Sequence record: SRR2962707_691
Direction: 5' to 3' (one strand)
Length of the DNA: 36,446 nt
The notes beneath the pieces are model-generated. The model made no database searches, had not been told where the DNA came from, and worked only from the letters and a program-made list of their open reading frames with translations. Shown in pieces: positions 17,703-26,599 of the stretch. The position numbers were made by a program, and so were the translations under genes. The first letter of the stretch is position 1. Each line of letters opens with the position of its first letter.

Positions 17703-18863
17703 ATGGATTTTTCCGAACCAGAGCATGTGCGCCATCTGCGTGAGATGCTCCAGCGTTTCGTCGGCAAGGAAATGCCGCGGAGCGCTGCGAGCGATTGGGA
17801 CAGGAACAACCACTTTCCGCGCGAAATATTCAAAAAGCTCGCGGACTTGGGCGTCATGGGGCTCACGATCCCGGAGGAATATGGCGGTACCGGCAGAGAT
17901 ATATTGGCAACCATGGTTGTGATCGAGGAACTCTCCCGCCGCAGCCTTGCTGTGTCGGTGCCTTATCTCATGGCTGCTTGCTATGCCGGAATGAATATCG
18001 GTGAGTGCGCGACTACGGCACAGAAGGAAAAGCTTCTGCCACGGGTAGTAGATGGTTCTCTCATCTTCGCCTATGGCTGGACGGAACCGGACACGGGGGC
18101 GGACCTCGCAAACGTCAAGACAAAGGCAGAACGAGATGGCGATGTGGTGCGCATCAACGGCGCGAAACGCTTTTGCTCCGGTGCGGAGATAGCCGACTAC
18201 ATCTACACGTTGGTCCGCACAGGCCCCGAGACGGAACGCTACAAGAATCTTTCCCTCATAATGATCCCCCCGACGACGCCAGGCGTCTCGATCACGCGCA
18301 TTGAAGGCCTCGGCATGAAGGGGGCAGCTACCACTGACGTCTCATTAGATAACGTCGAAGTGCCGTTCGAGAATGTTATGGGCGGCGAAGAGGGGTGGAA
18401 CAAGGGCTGGCCAATGATTGTCGGCTCGGGCCTCGACGTGGAGAAGCTGGAGGTAGCAGCGATTGCAGTCGGCGTTGCCCAGGCGGCGCTCGATGATGCG
18501 TGGCATTACACGCGGGAGAGAAAGCAGTTCGGCAAGACGATTGATAACTTCCAGTCGATACAGCACAAACTTGCCGACATGAAAACGCAACTCCATGCGG
18601 CACGGCTCATGCTCTACCACTCAGCATGGCTCGCAAACAATAATGTGCGCTGTGGTGTCGAAACTTCGATGACTAAGCTTTTCGCGACTGAGGTCGCCAA
18701 AGCGATTGCGCTCGAAAGCCAAACTATCTTCGGAGCCTATGGCTACGTGAAGGATTTCGACACAGAACGGTATGTGCGAGATGCCTTGCTTCTTCCGATC
18801 ATCGGCGGTTCTTCAGCCATACAGCGGAATAATATCTATAATTGGTCAAGCAGGAACATTTGA
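17703..18863 (+). CDS. Acyl-CoA dehydrogenase
   Basis: IPEEYGG, TEPDTGADL, NGAKRF, RKQFG and IFGAYGY motifs; GLDVEKL gives an isovaleryl-CoA dehydrogenase-type catalytic Glu position. Confidence 0.93.
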   Translation: MDFSEPEHVRHLREMLQRFVGKEMPRSAASDWDRNNHFPREIFKKLADLGVMGLTIPEEYGGTGRDILATMVVIEELSRRSLAVSVPYLMAACYAGMNIGECATTAQKEKLLPRVVDGSLIFAYGWTEPDTGADLANVKTKAERDGDVVRINGAKRFCSGAEIADYIYTLVRTGPETERYKNLSLIMIPPTTPGVSITRIEGLGMKGAATTDVSLDNVEVPFENVMGGEEGWNKGWPMIVGSGLDVEKLEVAAIAVGVAQAALDDAWHYTRERKQFGKTIDNFQSIQHKLADMKTQLHAARLMLYHSAWLANNNVRCGVETSMTKLFATEVAKAIALESQTIFGAYGYVKDFDTERYVRDALLLPIIGGSSAIQRNNIYNWSSRNI

Positions 18864-18864
18864 A

Positions 18865-19629
18865 ATGAATGTACAGAATAGTGGGAAAAGGAGAATTCTG
18901 GTCACTGGCGGTGCGAGCGGGATAGGAGCTGCGGTAGTCAAATTCTTTGACGACATCGGCGAAGTTGTCTGCAGCGTTGATATCAATTTCCACTCAATGC
19001 CGAATACCAGGGTCATGCGACTCCAAGGGGACGTTTGCTGCGAGGAAGATGTAACCCGCGTGACAAGGCAGGCGATAGACGGCATGGGCGGTATAGATGT
19101 GTTAGTGAACTGTGCGGGTATCGCCGACACGATCACCGCCACAGTCGGTCAGGACACTGAAGATTGGCGGAAAATTATCGAAGTCAATCTGACCGGCACC
19201 TACCTGATGTGCAAGGAGGCCGGCACACATATGGTGGGTAGGGGCAGCGGAAATATCGTGAATATCGCTTCGGTAGCGGGCATGTCCGGCTTTCCGAGGC
19301 GCAACGGCTACAGCTCCTCCAAAGCGGCCATCATCAATCTGACGCGTTCGCTCGCCTGTGAGTGGGGCCCCTCGGGAGTGCGAGTAAATTGTGTCGCGCC
19401 TGGCTATGTGCGTACCCCGCTCGTAAGCCAACTCGAAGACGACGGAAAGATTGACGTTCAGCGCATCAACGGCCGAACGCCGCTTGGTCGTATGGGCGTG
19501 CCGATGGAAATCGCCCATGCCGTTGCCTACCTATCCTCTGACTGGTCGTCCTATGTAGCGGGCGCCACCATTCCTGTAGATGGCGGATGGACCGCCTTCG
19601 GCGGATCGGGAGAGATTGCGACCTTCTAA
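18865..19629 (+). CDS. SDR family oxidoreductase
   Basis: TGGASGIG, VNCAG, YSSSK catalytic motif, VAPGY and VDGG; start placed at ATG 18865, directly after the ACAD stop. Confidence 0.92.
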   Translation: MNVQNSGKRRILVTGGASGIGAAVVKFFDDIGEVVCSVDINFHSMPNTRVMRLQGDVCCEEDVTRVTRQAIDGMGGIDVLVNCAGIADTITATVGQDTEDWRKIIEVNLTGTYLMCKEAGTHMVGRGSGNIVNIASVAGMSGFPRRNGYSSSKAAIINLTRSLACEWGPSGVRVNCVAPGYVRTPLVSQLEDDGKIDVQRINGRTPLGRMGVPMEIAHAVAYLSSDWSSYVAGATIPVDGGWTAFGGSGEIATF

Positions 19630-19649
19630 ATTGGTTAGATGTGAAACGA

Positions 19650-19817
19650 CTAAGAGAGCATTCTTGAAGGTGACGAGATCGGATTTTGTGTAGGCACCCG
19701 GCGCTTTCAAGCCACTGAAGTACTCGCGGACCAGTCGAGTGAACGAAAGTCATCCTCATATTTGGAACGCTTGTCTTCGCTCTCTCCACGGCCATCGACC
19801 TTGAGCTTCCCGGCCGT
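19650..19817 (-). pseudogene. Frameshifted remnant of integrase-like gene, right copy
   Basis: Hand translation gives AGKLKVDGRGESEDKRSKYEDDFRS-LDW/[frameshift]/REYFSGLKAPGAYTKSDLVTFKNALL, homologous to 1114-1332. Confidence 0.55.
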
Positions 19818-19862
19818 CTCAGCCGGATTTACCAACCGAAGTTCTGCAGGTTCTGCCCGGTG

Positions 19863-19878
19863 TGGCACGCGTTATGCT
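19863..19878 (+). promoter_or_regulatory. Sigma54 (-24/-12) promoter
   Basis: TGGCACGCGTTATGCT versus consensus TGGCACG-N4-TTGCW: one mismatch and correct GG-N10-GC spacing, about 75 bp upstream of ATG 19954. Confidence 0.65.
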
Positions 19879-19953
19879 CCTTCTCCAGTAGATTGCCGTA
19901 GCAGACCTGCTCCATGCGGGCCTGCGCATCAAATCGGAACAAGGTGTTGCAGA

Positions 19954-20250
19954 ATGACGCAGATCCTGACTTTCTTTTCGCACCGCAAGGCCCTTCTGGG
20001 CGGAAGTGGTTTTGCGCTCCTTGGCGCGGCGATCTATGTGCTTGCGAGCGCCACGCCGGCCTATGCCTGTGACGGTGGCGGCAACTACAACTTCAATGAA
20101 AACTGGAACTCGAATTACAACTACAATTCGAACACCAACACCAATTCGAATACCAACACGAACACCAATTCCAACAGCGTTACCTACACGTATTCGACCA
20201 ATGGTTCATCGAGCAGTTCGATGACGATCCGCGAAAGCATCTCGAACTAG
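19954..20250 (+). CDS. Small secreted Asn/Ser/Thr-rich protein with (NX)n tract
   Basis: 98 aa; signal-peptide-like N-terminus ending ATPAYA; mature part CDGGGNYNFNENWNSNYNYNSNTNTNSNTNTNTNSNSVTYTYSTNGSSSSSMTIRESISN; host-like codons (AAC, ACC, TCG). Confidence 0.75.
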   Translation: MTQILTFFSHRKALLGGSGFALLGAAIYVLASATPAYACDGGGNYNFNENWNSNYNYNSNTNTNSNTNTNTNSNSVTYTYSTNGSSSSSMTIRESISN

Positions 20251-20933
20251 AACGGGCATTCGTCGGCAAAGGTGACGATCCGTCCGTCCGCCGGGTGGTG
20301 AAACGAGATCGTCTCCGCATGCAGTTGCAGGCGGTCAGCGGCGGCGAGGGCTTTTCCTTCCGCATAGAAACTGTCTCCGTGTATCGGATGGCCGATGCTC
20401 CGCAGATGAACGCGGAGTTGATGAGATCTCCCGGTCAACGGAAAGAGTCGCAGCCTCGTTGCGTCGGGTTCGCGTGCGATCACCTTCCATTCCGTCAGCG
20501 CTTCGCGGCCCCGCTTCCGATCTACCATCTGTTTCGGTCGGTTTGGCCAGTCGGTGGCAAGCGGCAGGGCGATGACCCCGCTGTTTTCCGCGACGCATCC
20601 CGAGACGATCGCCACATAGGTTTTTCGGACCTTGCGCCGCTCAAATTGCAATCCGAGATGACGCTGTGCTTTTGCGTTCATCGCCATGACGAGAACGCCG
20701 GAAGTTTCCCGGTCGAGGCGATGAACGAGGCGGGCTTGCGGATAGCGCGCACGCGCGCGTTCCTCGAGGCAGTCGCGATGATGCTCCGGCTTTCCGGGGA
20801 CGCAGAGCAGGCCGCTCTGTTTGGCGAGGACCAAAATATCGCTGTCGATATGCAGCGTGGTGAGCCAGGGCTCCGTGGGCGGATGATAGTCGAACGGCGA
20901 GGGCGGGCTGTTCGGTTGTTGCGGCACTGTCAT
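20247..20933 (-). CDS. rluA: RluA family pseudouridine synthase
   Basis: KQSGLL, HRLDRETSG and TGRSHQLRVH motifs; start at 20933 in ATGA overlap with the upstream gene. Confidence 0.92.
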   Translation of the reverse strand: MTVPQQPNSPPSPFDYHPPTEPWLTTLHIDSDILVLAKQSGLLCVPGKPEHHRDCLEERARARYPQARLVHRLDRETSGVLVMAMNAKAQRHLGLQFERRKVRKTYVAIVSGCVAENSGVIALPLATDWPNRPKQMVDRKRGREALTEWKVIAREPDATRLRLFPLTGRSHQLRVHLRSIGHPIHGDSFYAEGKALAAADRLQLHAETISFHHPADGRIVTFADECPF

Positions 20934-21241
20934 TTCGGCTGCCGGGTGCCGCCGGTCTCCTCGGAGGCCGCCCGAATCAGCTCCCGCTTTGCCGCGGCGG
21001 AGAGCTTTTTGATTGCGAGTTCCTCTCTCAGGGCGTCGCTCCGATTCGCGCATTGCCGGACCATGAGTATTCGCTCCGGCGGATAGCTGCGGGTGAATTT
21101 CGCGCCCCGTCCGGCCAGATGCGCAGCGAACCTTGCGTCAACGTCGACCGCAATGCCAGTGTAGAGCTTCCCGCCCGCGCACTCCAGAATGTAGAGATAC
21201 CATGGAGCGCCAGTGAGGGATTGCCCGCCGTTTTCCGCCAT
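20930..21241 (-). CDS. GIY-YIG nuclease family protein (UPF0213/YhbQ-like)
   Basis: WYLYILECAGGKLYTG...RFAAH..GRGAKFTR...ALREELAIKKL. Confidence 0.88.
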   Translation of the reverse strand: MAENGGQSLTGAPWYLYILECAGGKLYTGIAVDVDARFAAHLAGRGAKFTRSYPPERILMVRQCANRSDALREELAIKKLSAAAKRELIRAASEETGGTRQPK

Positions 21242-21319
21242 TGACCGATTTTCCTTCGGCTCCCTGTCCGAAGCCGCTACTGTAGTGGCTTCAAAGCTCT
21301 TGGGGAGGAGCCGGGGAGA

Positions 21320-21535
21320 ATGAACGACAATAGCACTCTCAGATATCTGAGCGAGGCCTATGACGGCGTACGCTTTCACGTGGAGCCTATCGTGGCGACG
21401 GTTGGGAGCGATGCGGCCATGCGAGTTTATCTCGCGGCTGCTGCTGCGGCGTTTGCGGTCTATTCCATATTCTTCATTGCCAGTTCGATGCGCGATATGA
21501 CGGCCGCGATGCGGACCGCTTTCAGGCGGGCGTAG
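21320..21535 (+). CDS. Small hypothetical membrane protein
   Basis: GGGGAG directly upstream; one hydrophobic segment (VYLAAAAAAFAVYSIFFIA). Confidence 0.5.
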   Translation: MNDNSTLRYLSEAYDGVRFHVEPIVATVGSDAAMRVYLAAAAAAFAVYSIFFIASSMRDMTAAMRTAFRRA

Positions 21536-21655
21536 CGAGCGTCGCGAGGTCAGGGCTCGGGATTATGAAGATTTCTTTCGCGTCGGCATGGGCTACGCCA
21601 CGCCCGTTTGTCACGTCTCGATGACGCAGTGACGCTAATCGCCAAAACGTGTTAG

Positions 21656-22291
21656 ATGCTGCCCATCGATTTGTTCGATGGCAGTCATATGAAAAAAAGA
21701 CGAAGCGGTGCGCTTCGCGGCCTTGCGCAAGTGGGTACGCGCAAGAAGCCGGACGGAAGCACCTTCGGAGATGTTCTGGAATCGTTGGGCGACCGCAGCT
21801 TTGGCTGGGGGTTCATGCTTGTCGGGTTCATGAACATGCTGCCGCTGCCGCCGGGTACCAATATGGTTCTCGGCCTGCCTATCTTGTTCATTGCAACGCA
21901 GATGATGCTCGGGCGGCCGACGTTGTGGCTGCCGGATATCGTGACGAAGCGCTTTATTGCCCGGGAGAGGTGGCGCGCCGGTGCGCTGAGCGCTCTTCCG
22001 ATTGCCCGGCCGCTCTCGCGGATCACGCGGGTGCGCTACCTCCGCGTGTTTCAGGGCAAGGCGGAACAGCCGCTCGGCTTCCTGCTGCTCGTTACGGGGG
22101 TCGTGCTCTGCCTGCCCATTCCGCTCACGGGCTGGCTGCCGGCCATTTCATGTTTTGTGACCGGGGTCGGTCTCGTCGAACATGACGGGGCGATCGTGGG
22201 GCTTGGCATCGTCATCGCGATAGTCGCCCTCGCCGTCGCGATTGCCATGGTTCTCGCGATTTACCTCGGGATCAGTTACGCGGGCGCGTGA
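21656..22291 (+). CDS. exoD: Exopolysaccharide biosynthesis protein ExoD family
   Basis: LGDRSFG, LPLPPG, QMMLGRPTLWLP, LPIP...PA and EHDG motifs. Confidence 0.88.
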   Translation: MLPIDLFDGSHMKKRRSGALRGLAQVGTRKKPDGSTFGDVLESLGDRSFGWGFMLVGFMNMLPLPPGTNMVLGLPILFIATQMMLGRPTLWLPDIVTKRFIARERWRAGALSALPIARPLSRITRVRYLRVFQGKAEQPLGFLLLVTGVVLCLPIPLTGWLPAISCFVTGVGLVEHDGAIVGLGIVIAIVALAVAIAMVLAIYLGISYAGA

Positions 22292-22295
22292 CGGC

Positions 22296-22922
22296 CTATT
22301 TTCCAAGGTCGTATTGGCCGCCCTGCTCGATGCCTCGCTTGTAGGCCGGGCGCTCTTGCATCCGGGCGAGATAGCCGTTCAGCTTCGGGAACGGTGCGAG
22401 GAGACCCAGTGACTTCCCGGCTTCCAGGGGAAAAGACATCTGGATGTCCGCACCGGTCAGACTGTTGCCGACGAAGAAGTCTCGCTCTCCGACGGCATTT
22501 TCCATGTAGCTGAAGTGATTTTGTGTCTCGCTCTCGATGCGCGGATGCAGCGGCTTTCCGGCATCGCCCAATCTCATAACATAGAGCGTCAGCATGACGG
22601 GGAGCATCGCAGAGCCTTCGGCATAGTGCATCCAGTGCAGATAAGAAATGAACTCGGGCGCGTCTTCGGCGGGCATGAACTTGTCGCGGCCGTATTTCCG
22701 GATCAGATATTCCACGATTGCGCCCGACTCCGCGACCGTTGCGGCGCCGTCGGTGATGACCGGAGACTTGCCGAGGGGGTGAACTTTTCTCAGGCTTTCG
22801 GGCGCAAGATTTGTGGTGGCGTCGCGCTGATACCCCTCGATGGTATACTCGGCGCCGAGTTCCTCAAGCAGCCAGAGAATACGCTGTGAGCGGGAATTGT
22901 TCAGATGATGAACTGTGATCAT
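22296..22922 (-). CDS. Glutathione S-transferase
   Basis: MITVHHLNNSRSQRILWLLEELG, HPLGKSPV, ESGAI and ADIQMSFP motifs. Confidence 0.93.
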   Translation of the reverse strand: MITVHHLNNSRSQRILWLLEELGAEYTIEGYQRDATTNLAPESLRKVHPLGKSPVITDGAATVAESGAIVEYLIRKYGRDKFMPAEDAPEFISYLHWMHYAEGSAMLPVMLTLYVMRLGDAGKPLHPRIESETQNHFSYMENAVGERDFFVGNSLTGADIQMSFPLEAGKSLGLLAPFPKLNGYLARMQERPAYKRGIEQGGQYDLGK

Positions 22923-23064
22923 TGCGACGCCTTTATGTTCAGGAGAGGGAGAAAAATTGAGGAGCTTTGTTGTGGTCCGGAGCGTATGATTGCCACCGTC
23001 ACGCGCATCGATACCGGCGTCGGCAGTTCGCGCACAGGGTCTGCGCTACATCGGGAGGCCGATT

Positions 23065-23205
23065 GTGGCCAAAGGTCAGAAGAAGAGCAATCGCGAGGCA
23101 AAGAAGCCCAAGGCGGACAAAAACATAAAGAAGCCCGGCGCCACGCCGACTTCTCCGTTCGCCGATACCGCAAAGTCCGGCACGCCGGGCAAGGGCAAGA
23201 AGTAG
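23065..23205 (+). CDS. Small Lys-rich hypothetical protein
   Basis: GTG start after GGGAGG; MAKGQKKSNREAKKPK N-terminus resembles small basic proteins seen in Alphaproteobacteria. Confidence 0.7.
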   Translation: MAKGQKKSNREAKKPKADKNIKKPGATPTSPFADTAKSGTPGKGKK

Positions 23206-23241
23206 GTCCAGCTTTTCGACGGCGTGCGCGTTCCGGCAGAC

Positions 23242-24222
23242 CTAGAGGGCCCGCAGGGCGTGCACGCTGAAGAGCTGTTTGTCGTCCGTCCAGACTTTGA
23301 CCGGTTCGTATCCGGCTTCGCGCGCCAGTTCGCCGAAGCCGTCGAGACGGTATTTGTGTGAGCTTTCGGTGTGGATCGTTTCGCCTTCGCCGAAGTGGAA
23401 GCGCCGCGTTCCAACAGCCACCTCCTGCTTTTTCAGGCTGACGAGATGCATCTCGATCCGGTCGAGCTCCTCGTTCCAGCGCGCCTCGTGTCGGAAGGTC
23501 GAGAGATCGAAAGTGCCTCCGAGTTCACGGTTGATGCGGCGAAGCAGGTTGAGGTTGAACGCAGCCGTAACCCCGGCGGCGTCGTTATAGGCGGCGCGGA
23601 GAACATCCAGGTCTTTTACGAGATCGACCCCGACGATCATGACGCCGCCTCTGCCCATCAGGCGCCGGGTCATGGAGAGAAAATCGACTGCTTCATCTCG
23701 TGTGAAATTACCGATCGTCGAGCCGGGAAAGAAGCCCATGGTTGTGCCGTGATCAATGCCGGGCAGTTCCGGAAGCGTGAAAGGTTCCGTGTAGTCGGCG
23801 CAGACCGGCGCTATGCGGAGTTCGGGAAAGCTCTCCGCGAGGTCCGCCGTCGCGGCGATCATGTATTCACGGGAAATTTCCACGGGAAGGTAGGCGGCCG
23901 GCCGGTCGAGTGCGCGCAGCAGCAGCCGGATTTTCGTCCCCGCACCGGAGCCGAATTCGATGAGCCGTGCCTGCGGCCCTGCTAGCGCTGCGATGTCGCG
24001 CGCATGGCGTTCCAGGATGCGACGTTCGGTGCGGGTCGGATAATATTCCGGCAGGTCGCAGATATCGTCGAATATCTGCGAGCCGCGCTCGTCGTAGAGG
24101 AACTTGCAGGGAAGCGTCTTTTGCGGAAATGACAAGCCATCGACAACACTCGTCAGGAACTCCTCCAGCGACGGTTCCAGATTCTGGAGGTCTTCCAGGC
24201 GGTTTTCGCTGCTCTTGCTCAT
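23242..24222 (-). CDS. egtD: L-histidine N(alpha)-methyltransferase
   Basis: [51 protein letters not shown] and TESSHKY motifs; ATGA-coupled to egtB. Confidence 0.95.
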   Translation of the reverse strand: MSKSSENRLEDLQNLEPSLEEFLTSVVDGLSFPQKTLPCKFLYDERGSQIFDDICDLPEYYPTRTERRILERHARDIAALAGPQARLIEFGSGAGTKIRLLLRALDRPAAYLPVEISREYMIAATADLAESFPELRIAPVCADYTEPFTLPELPGIDHGTTMGFFPGSTIGNFTRDEAVDFLSMTRRLMGRGGVMIVGVDLVKDLDVLRAAYNDAAGVTAAFNLNLLRRINRELGGTFDLSTFRHEARWNEELDRIEMHLVSLKKQEVAVGTRRFHFGEGETIHTESSHKYRLDGFGELAREAGYEPVKVWTDDKQLFSVHALRAL

Positions 24223-25511
24223 ATGTCCTCCGCTAGTCGGAAACCACTGAACTGCCACCGTGCAGCGGGCCCGAAAAAGTTTCTATAGGTGAGGCGTTCA
24301 TGACCGGGTGCGGTGGCGCAGGAGCGCCCGCGGAGCACCATCTGGTTGACCATGAACTTGCCGTTATATTCTCCGACCGCTCCTGCGGCGGCGCGGAAGC
24401 CCGGATAGGGCAGGTAGCCGCTGCCCGTCCACTCCCAGACATCCTGTGAAAAACCCGGCACCACCGGCCGGGGGTGAGGGTTCAGCGCCGGCGCCTGTCC
24501 GTTGTCGGAAGCGTGAGCGCGCGCCGCGACCTCCCATTCCGCTTCGCTTGGAAGGCGCTTTCCCGCCCAGGCCGCATAAGCCGCCGCTTCATAGAAGCTG
24601 ACATGGGCCACCGGCTCGTCTTCCCGCACCGGGCGGCGGCCGTAAAGCGTGTAGGTCATCCAGACGGCGCCGTCCTGATGCCAATAAGCCGGAGCCTCCC
24701 AGCCGTTCTGCCGGACGGTGTCCCAGCCATCGGACAGCCAGAATTCGGCGCGGCGATAACCGCCATCGGCGATAAAGTCGAGGTACTCGCCGACGCTTAT
24801 CGGCCGGTTGGCAATTTTCGCGTCGTGCAGGAAGACGCTGTGCTCGGGGCCTTCATTGTCGAAGGTGAAGCCCTGGCCCGAATTACCGATGGTGTGCAGT
24901 CCGGCGGCTATCTTGTACCACCGCAGCTTTGGCGCGGAATCGTTCGCCGCGGGGTTGCGCTCGGGGTGCTGATAGACGGGGTAGGTCGGGTTCAGCGAGA
25001 AGGCGTGCTTGATGTCGGTGAGCAGAAGTTCCTGATGCTGTTGCTCGTGGGTGAGCCCAAGTTCGATCAGGTAAGCCGCGTCGTCCGCGCATTCGTCGAT
25101 GAGGCGTGTCATGGCTTCATCGACATGTGCGCGGTACCGCCCAATATCTTCCGCCGTCGGCCTCGTGATCATGCCGCGTGTGGGCCGGGGATGCCGTTCG
25201 CCGACCGCTTCATAATAGGAATTGAAGAGGTAGTTATAGTCCTGGTCGAACACCACGTAGTCCGGCGCGAATGATTTCAGCAGAAATGTTTCGAAGAACC
25301 ACGTCGTGTGTGCGCGGTGCCATTTCGTGGGGCTCGCGTCCGGCATCGACTGGATCGTCTGGTCTTCCGGGCTCAGAGGTCCAGCAAGCGCCTCGGTCGT
25401 CCCGCGGACGGCCAGGTAACGCTCCTTCAGCAGGTTCCGCGTTTCCCTCGTCGCGAAAGCCGGCTTTTCCTCAAATGTAGTGCCGCTCTCGCGAGTGAGG
25501 GATTCTGGCAT
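24219..25511 (-). CDS. egtB: Ergothioneine biosynthesis sulfoxide synthase
   Basis: [26 protein letters not shown] and HEQQHQE motifs, FGE-like C-terminal domain, EYNGKFM. Confidence 0.95.
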   Translation of the reverse strand: MPESLTRESGTTFEEKPAFATRETRNLLKERYLAVRGTTEALAGPLSPEDQTIQSMPDASPTKWHRAHTTWFFETFLLKSFAPDYVVFDQDYNYLFNSYYEAVGERHPRPTRGMITRPTAEDIGRYRAHVDEAMTRLIDECADDAAYLIELGLTHEQQHQELLLTDIKHAFSLNPTYPVYQHPERNPAANDSAPKLRWYKIAAGLHTIGNSGQGFTFDNEGPEHSVFLHDAKIANRPISVGEYLDFIADGGYRRAEFWLSDGWDTVRQNGWEAPAYWHQDGAVWMTYTLYGRRPVREDEPVAHVSFYEAAAYAAWAGKRLPSEAEWEVAARAHASDNGQAPALNPHPRPVVPGFSQDVWEWTGSGYLPYPGFRAAAGAVGEYNGKFMVNQMVLRGRSCATAPGHERLTYRNFFGPAARWQFSGFRLAEDI

Positions 25512-25661
25512 GGATTGGCCTCGTCTGTTCGTCATCCGTCACGATTCAAACTCATGCAAACATGTAGGGTTCCCTACATCAACCTTGTAGGACCATTTGA
25601 ACGTCAAATGCCCCGTACATGGCGGATTGATGACAGAAACTGGCAGCAGAGAATCCAAACG

Positions 25662-25690
25662 AAAATGGCCGGGCATTGGGCCCGGCCATT
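25662..25690 (-). terminator. Intrinsic terminator of the cold-shock gene
   Basis: AATGGCCGGGC/GCCCGGCCATT stem followed by a T run on the minus strand. Confidence 0.7.
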
Positions 25691-25714
25691 GAATTTTCGA
25701 CAGTGCGGAAGAAA

Positions 25715-25918
25715 TCAGGAGACAGTCAGATTGGCAGCCGACGTCTTGCCCTTCTCCGTCACGAGTTCGTAGTTGATTTTCTGGCCTTCGTTCAACGTAC
25801 TCATGCCCGCGCGTTCAACCGCACTGATATGCACGAACACATCCCTTCCGCCGTCTTCCGGCTGGATGAAACCGTAGCCCTTTTGCGTGTTGAACCACTT
25901 CACGACACCTGTAGACAT
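25715..25918 (-). CDS. cspA: Cold-shock protein
   Basis: 67 aa; GVVKWFN, KGYGFI (RNP1) and DVFVH (RNP2); GGAG RBS. Confidence 0.95.
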   Translation of the reverse strand: MSTGVVKWFNTQKGYGFIQPEDGGRDVFVHISAVERAGMSTLNEGQKINYELVTEKGKTSAANLTVS

Positions 25919-26124
25919 TTCTAAGTCTCCTGACGCATTTGCATGCGTGATTAACCGTGCGCCCATCGCACGGCGTTTCACAACCTGGTTTTTTGGGAGT
26001 CTTGAAAGGCCCTGAGGGCGAAGCAGCCAAGGCAGGCCAAAAGATAGATTGCCGTTCAAGCCAACAGGATAAGAACCCTTGAGTCAATCCATATCGTGAA
26101 GGGCAGATCGTGCGGGTATGCGGA

Positions 26125-26571
26125 TCAGTTACGCCCGCGCACGCGGGCATGAACGGAATCCAGCGCCCGGTCGATCGCTTCCTTGGCACTGGCCGTGAGG
26201 CCGCCTCGTTCGTACTGGCGCTTCACCAGTTCCTCGATGCGGCCGATCATGACATCGACGCTTTCGCCGTCCCGTTTTTGCGCGAAGCCGGGCGGCGGAA
26301 TGCGATCGGCGTCTCCATACTTGTTGATCCAGTCCTCGAAACGCCGCGCGGAGTGCAGGACTTCGTAGAACTGGCGGCCGGTTTCTTCCTCGCGATTGAA
26401 CAGCGAGAAGAGCGCCGCACCGAGCGATATCGGCGCAAGCAGGATGTCCTTGACGCTGTCGAGAACCAGTTTTCCCTGGAAGACGGTGACGTCACGCAGC
26501 AGCACCCATCTGGTGACGGGAGGTTGCTCTTCGACGATGTCGTCCGGTGTTTCTTCGCGGTGCGCCGACAT
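26125..26571 (-). CDS. Hypothetical protein
   Basis: 148 aa ORF with host codon usage, in series with its neighbours. Confidence 0.7.
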   Translation of the reverse strand: MSAHREETPDDIVEEQPPVTRWVLLRDVTVFQGKLVLDSVKDILLAPISLGAALFSLFNREEETGRQFYEVLHSARRFEDWINKYGDADRIPPPGFAQKRDGESVDVMIGRIEELVKRQYERGGLTASAKEAIDRALDSVHARVRGRN

Positions 26572-26599
26572 TGACCCGGTCCCCGCCTTTTCGGCCAGC

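Larger units (their letters stand above)
1114..19817. mobile_element. Putative degenerate genomic island carrying a catabolic/transport cluster
   Basis: Visibly more A/T-ending codons and more AT-rich spacers than the flanks; bounded by two homologous gene remnants; has its own regulator and shared operator. No intact integrase or att site was seen. Confidence 0.6.

Noticed and set aside
19762-19953. Upstream extension of the Asn-rich ORF given in the ORF track
   Set aside because: It overlaps the integrase-like remnant and the sigma54-type promoter; ATG 19954 gives a proper signal peptide.
20080-20180. Short tandem AAC/ACC repeats as a CRISPR array or microsatellite
   Set aside because: There is no repeat-spacer structure; the pattern is explained by the (NX)n coding tract.
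20930-21241. GIY-YIG gene as a homing endonuclease or mobile element
   Set aside because: It is the short stand-alone UPF0213 type, coupled to rluA, with no intron context.
21584-21599. Possible sigma54 promoter upstream of exoD (CGGCATGGGCTACGCC)
   Set aside because: The GG-N10-GC spacing fits, but there are too many mismatches to the consensus.
24219-25511. egtB as selenoneine synthase SenA
   Set aside because: No SenB glycosyltransferase or SelD-like gene is adjacent, and it is coupled to egtD.
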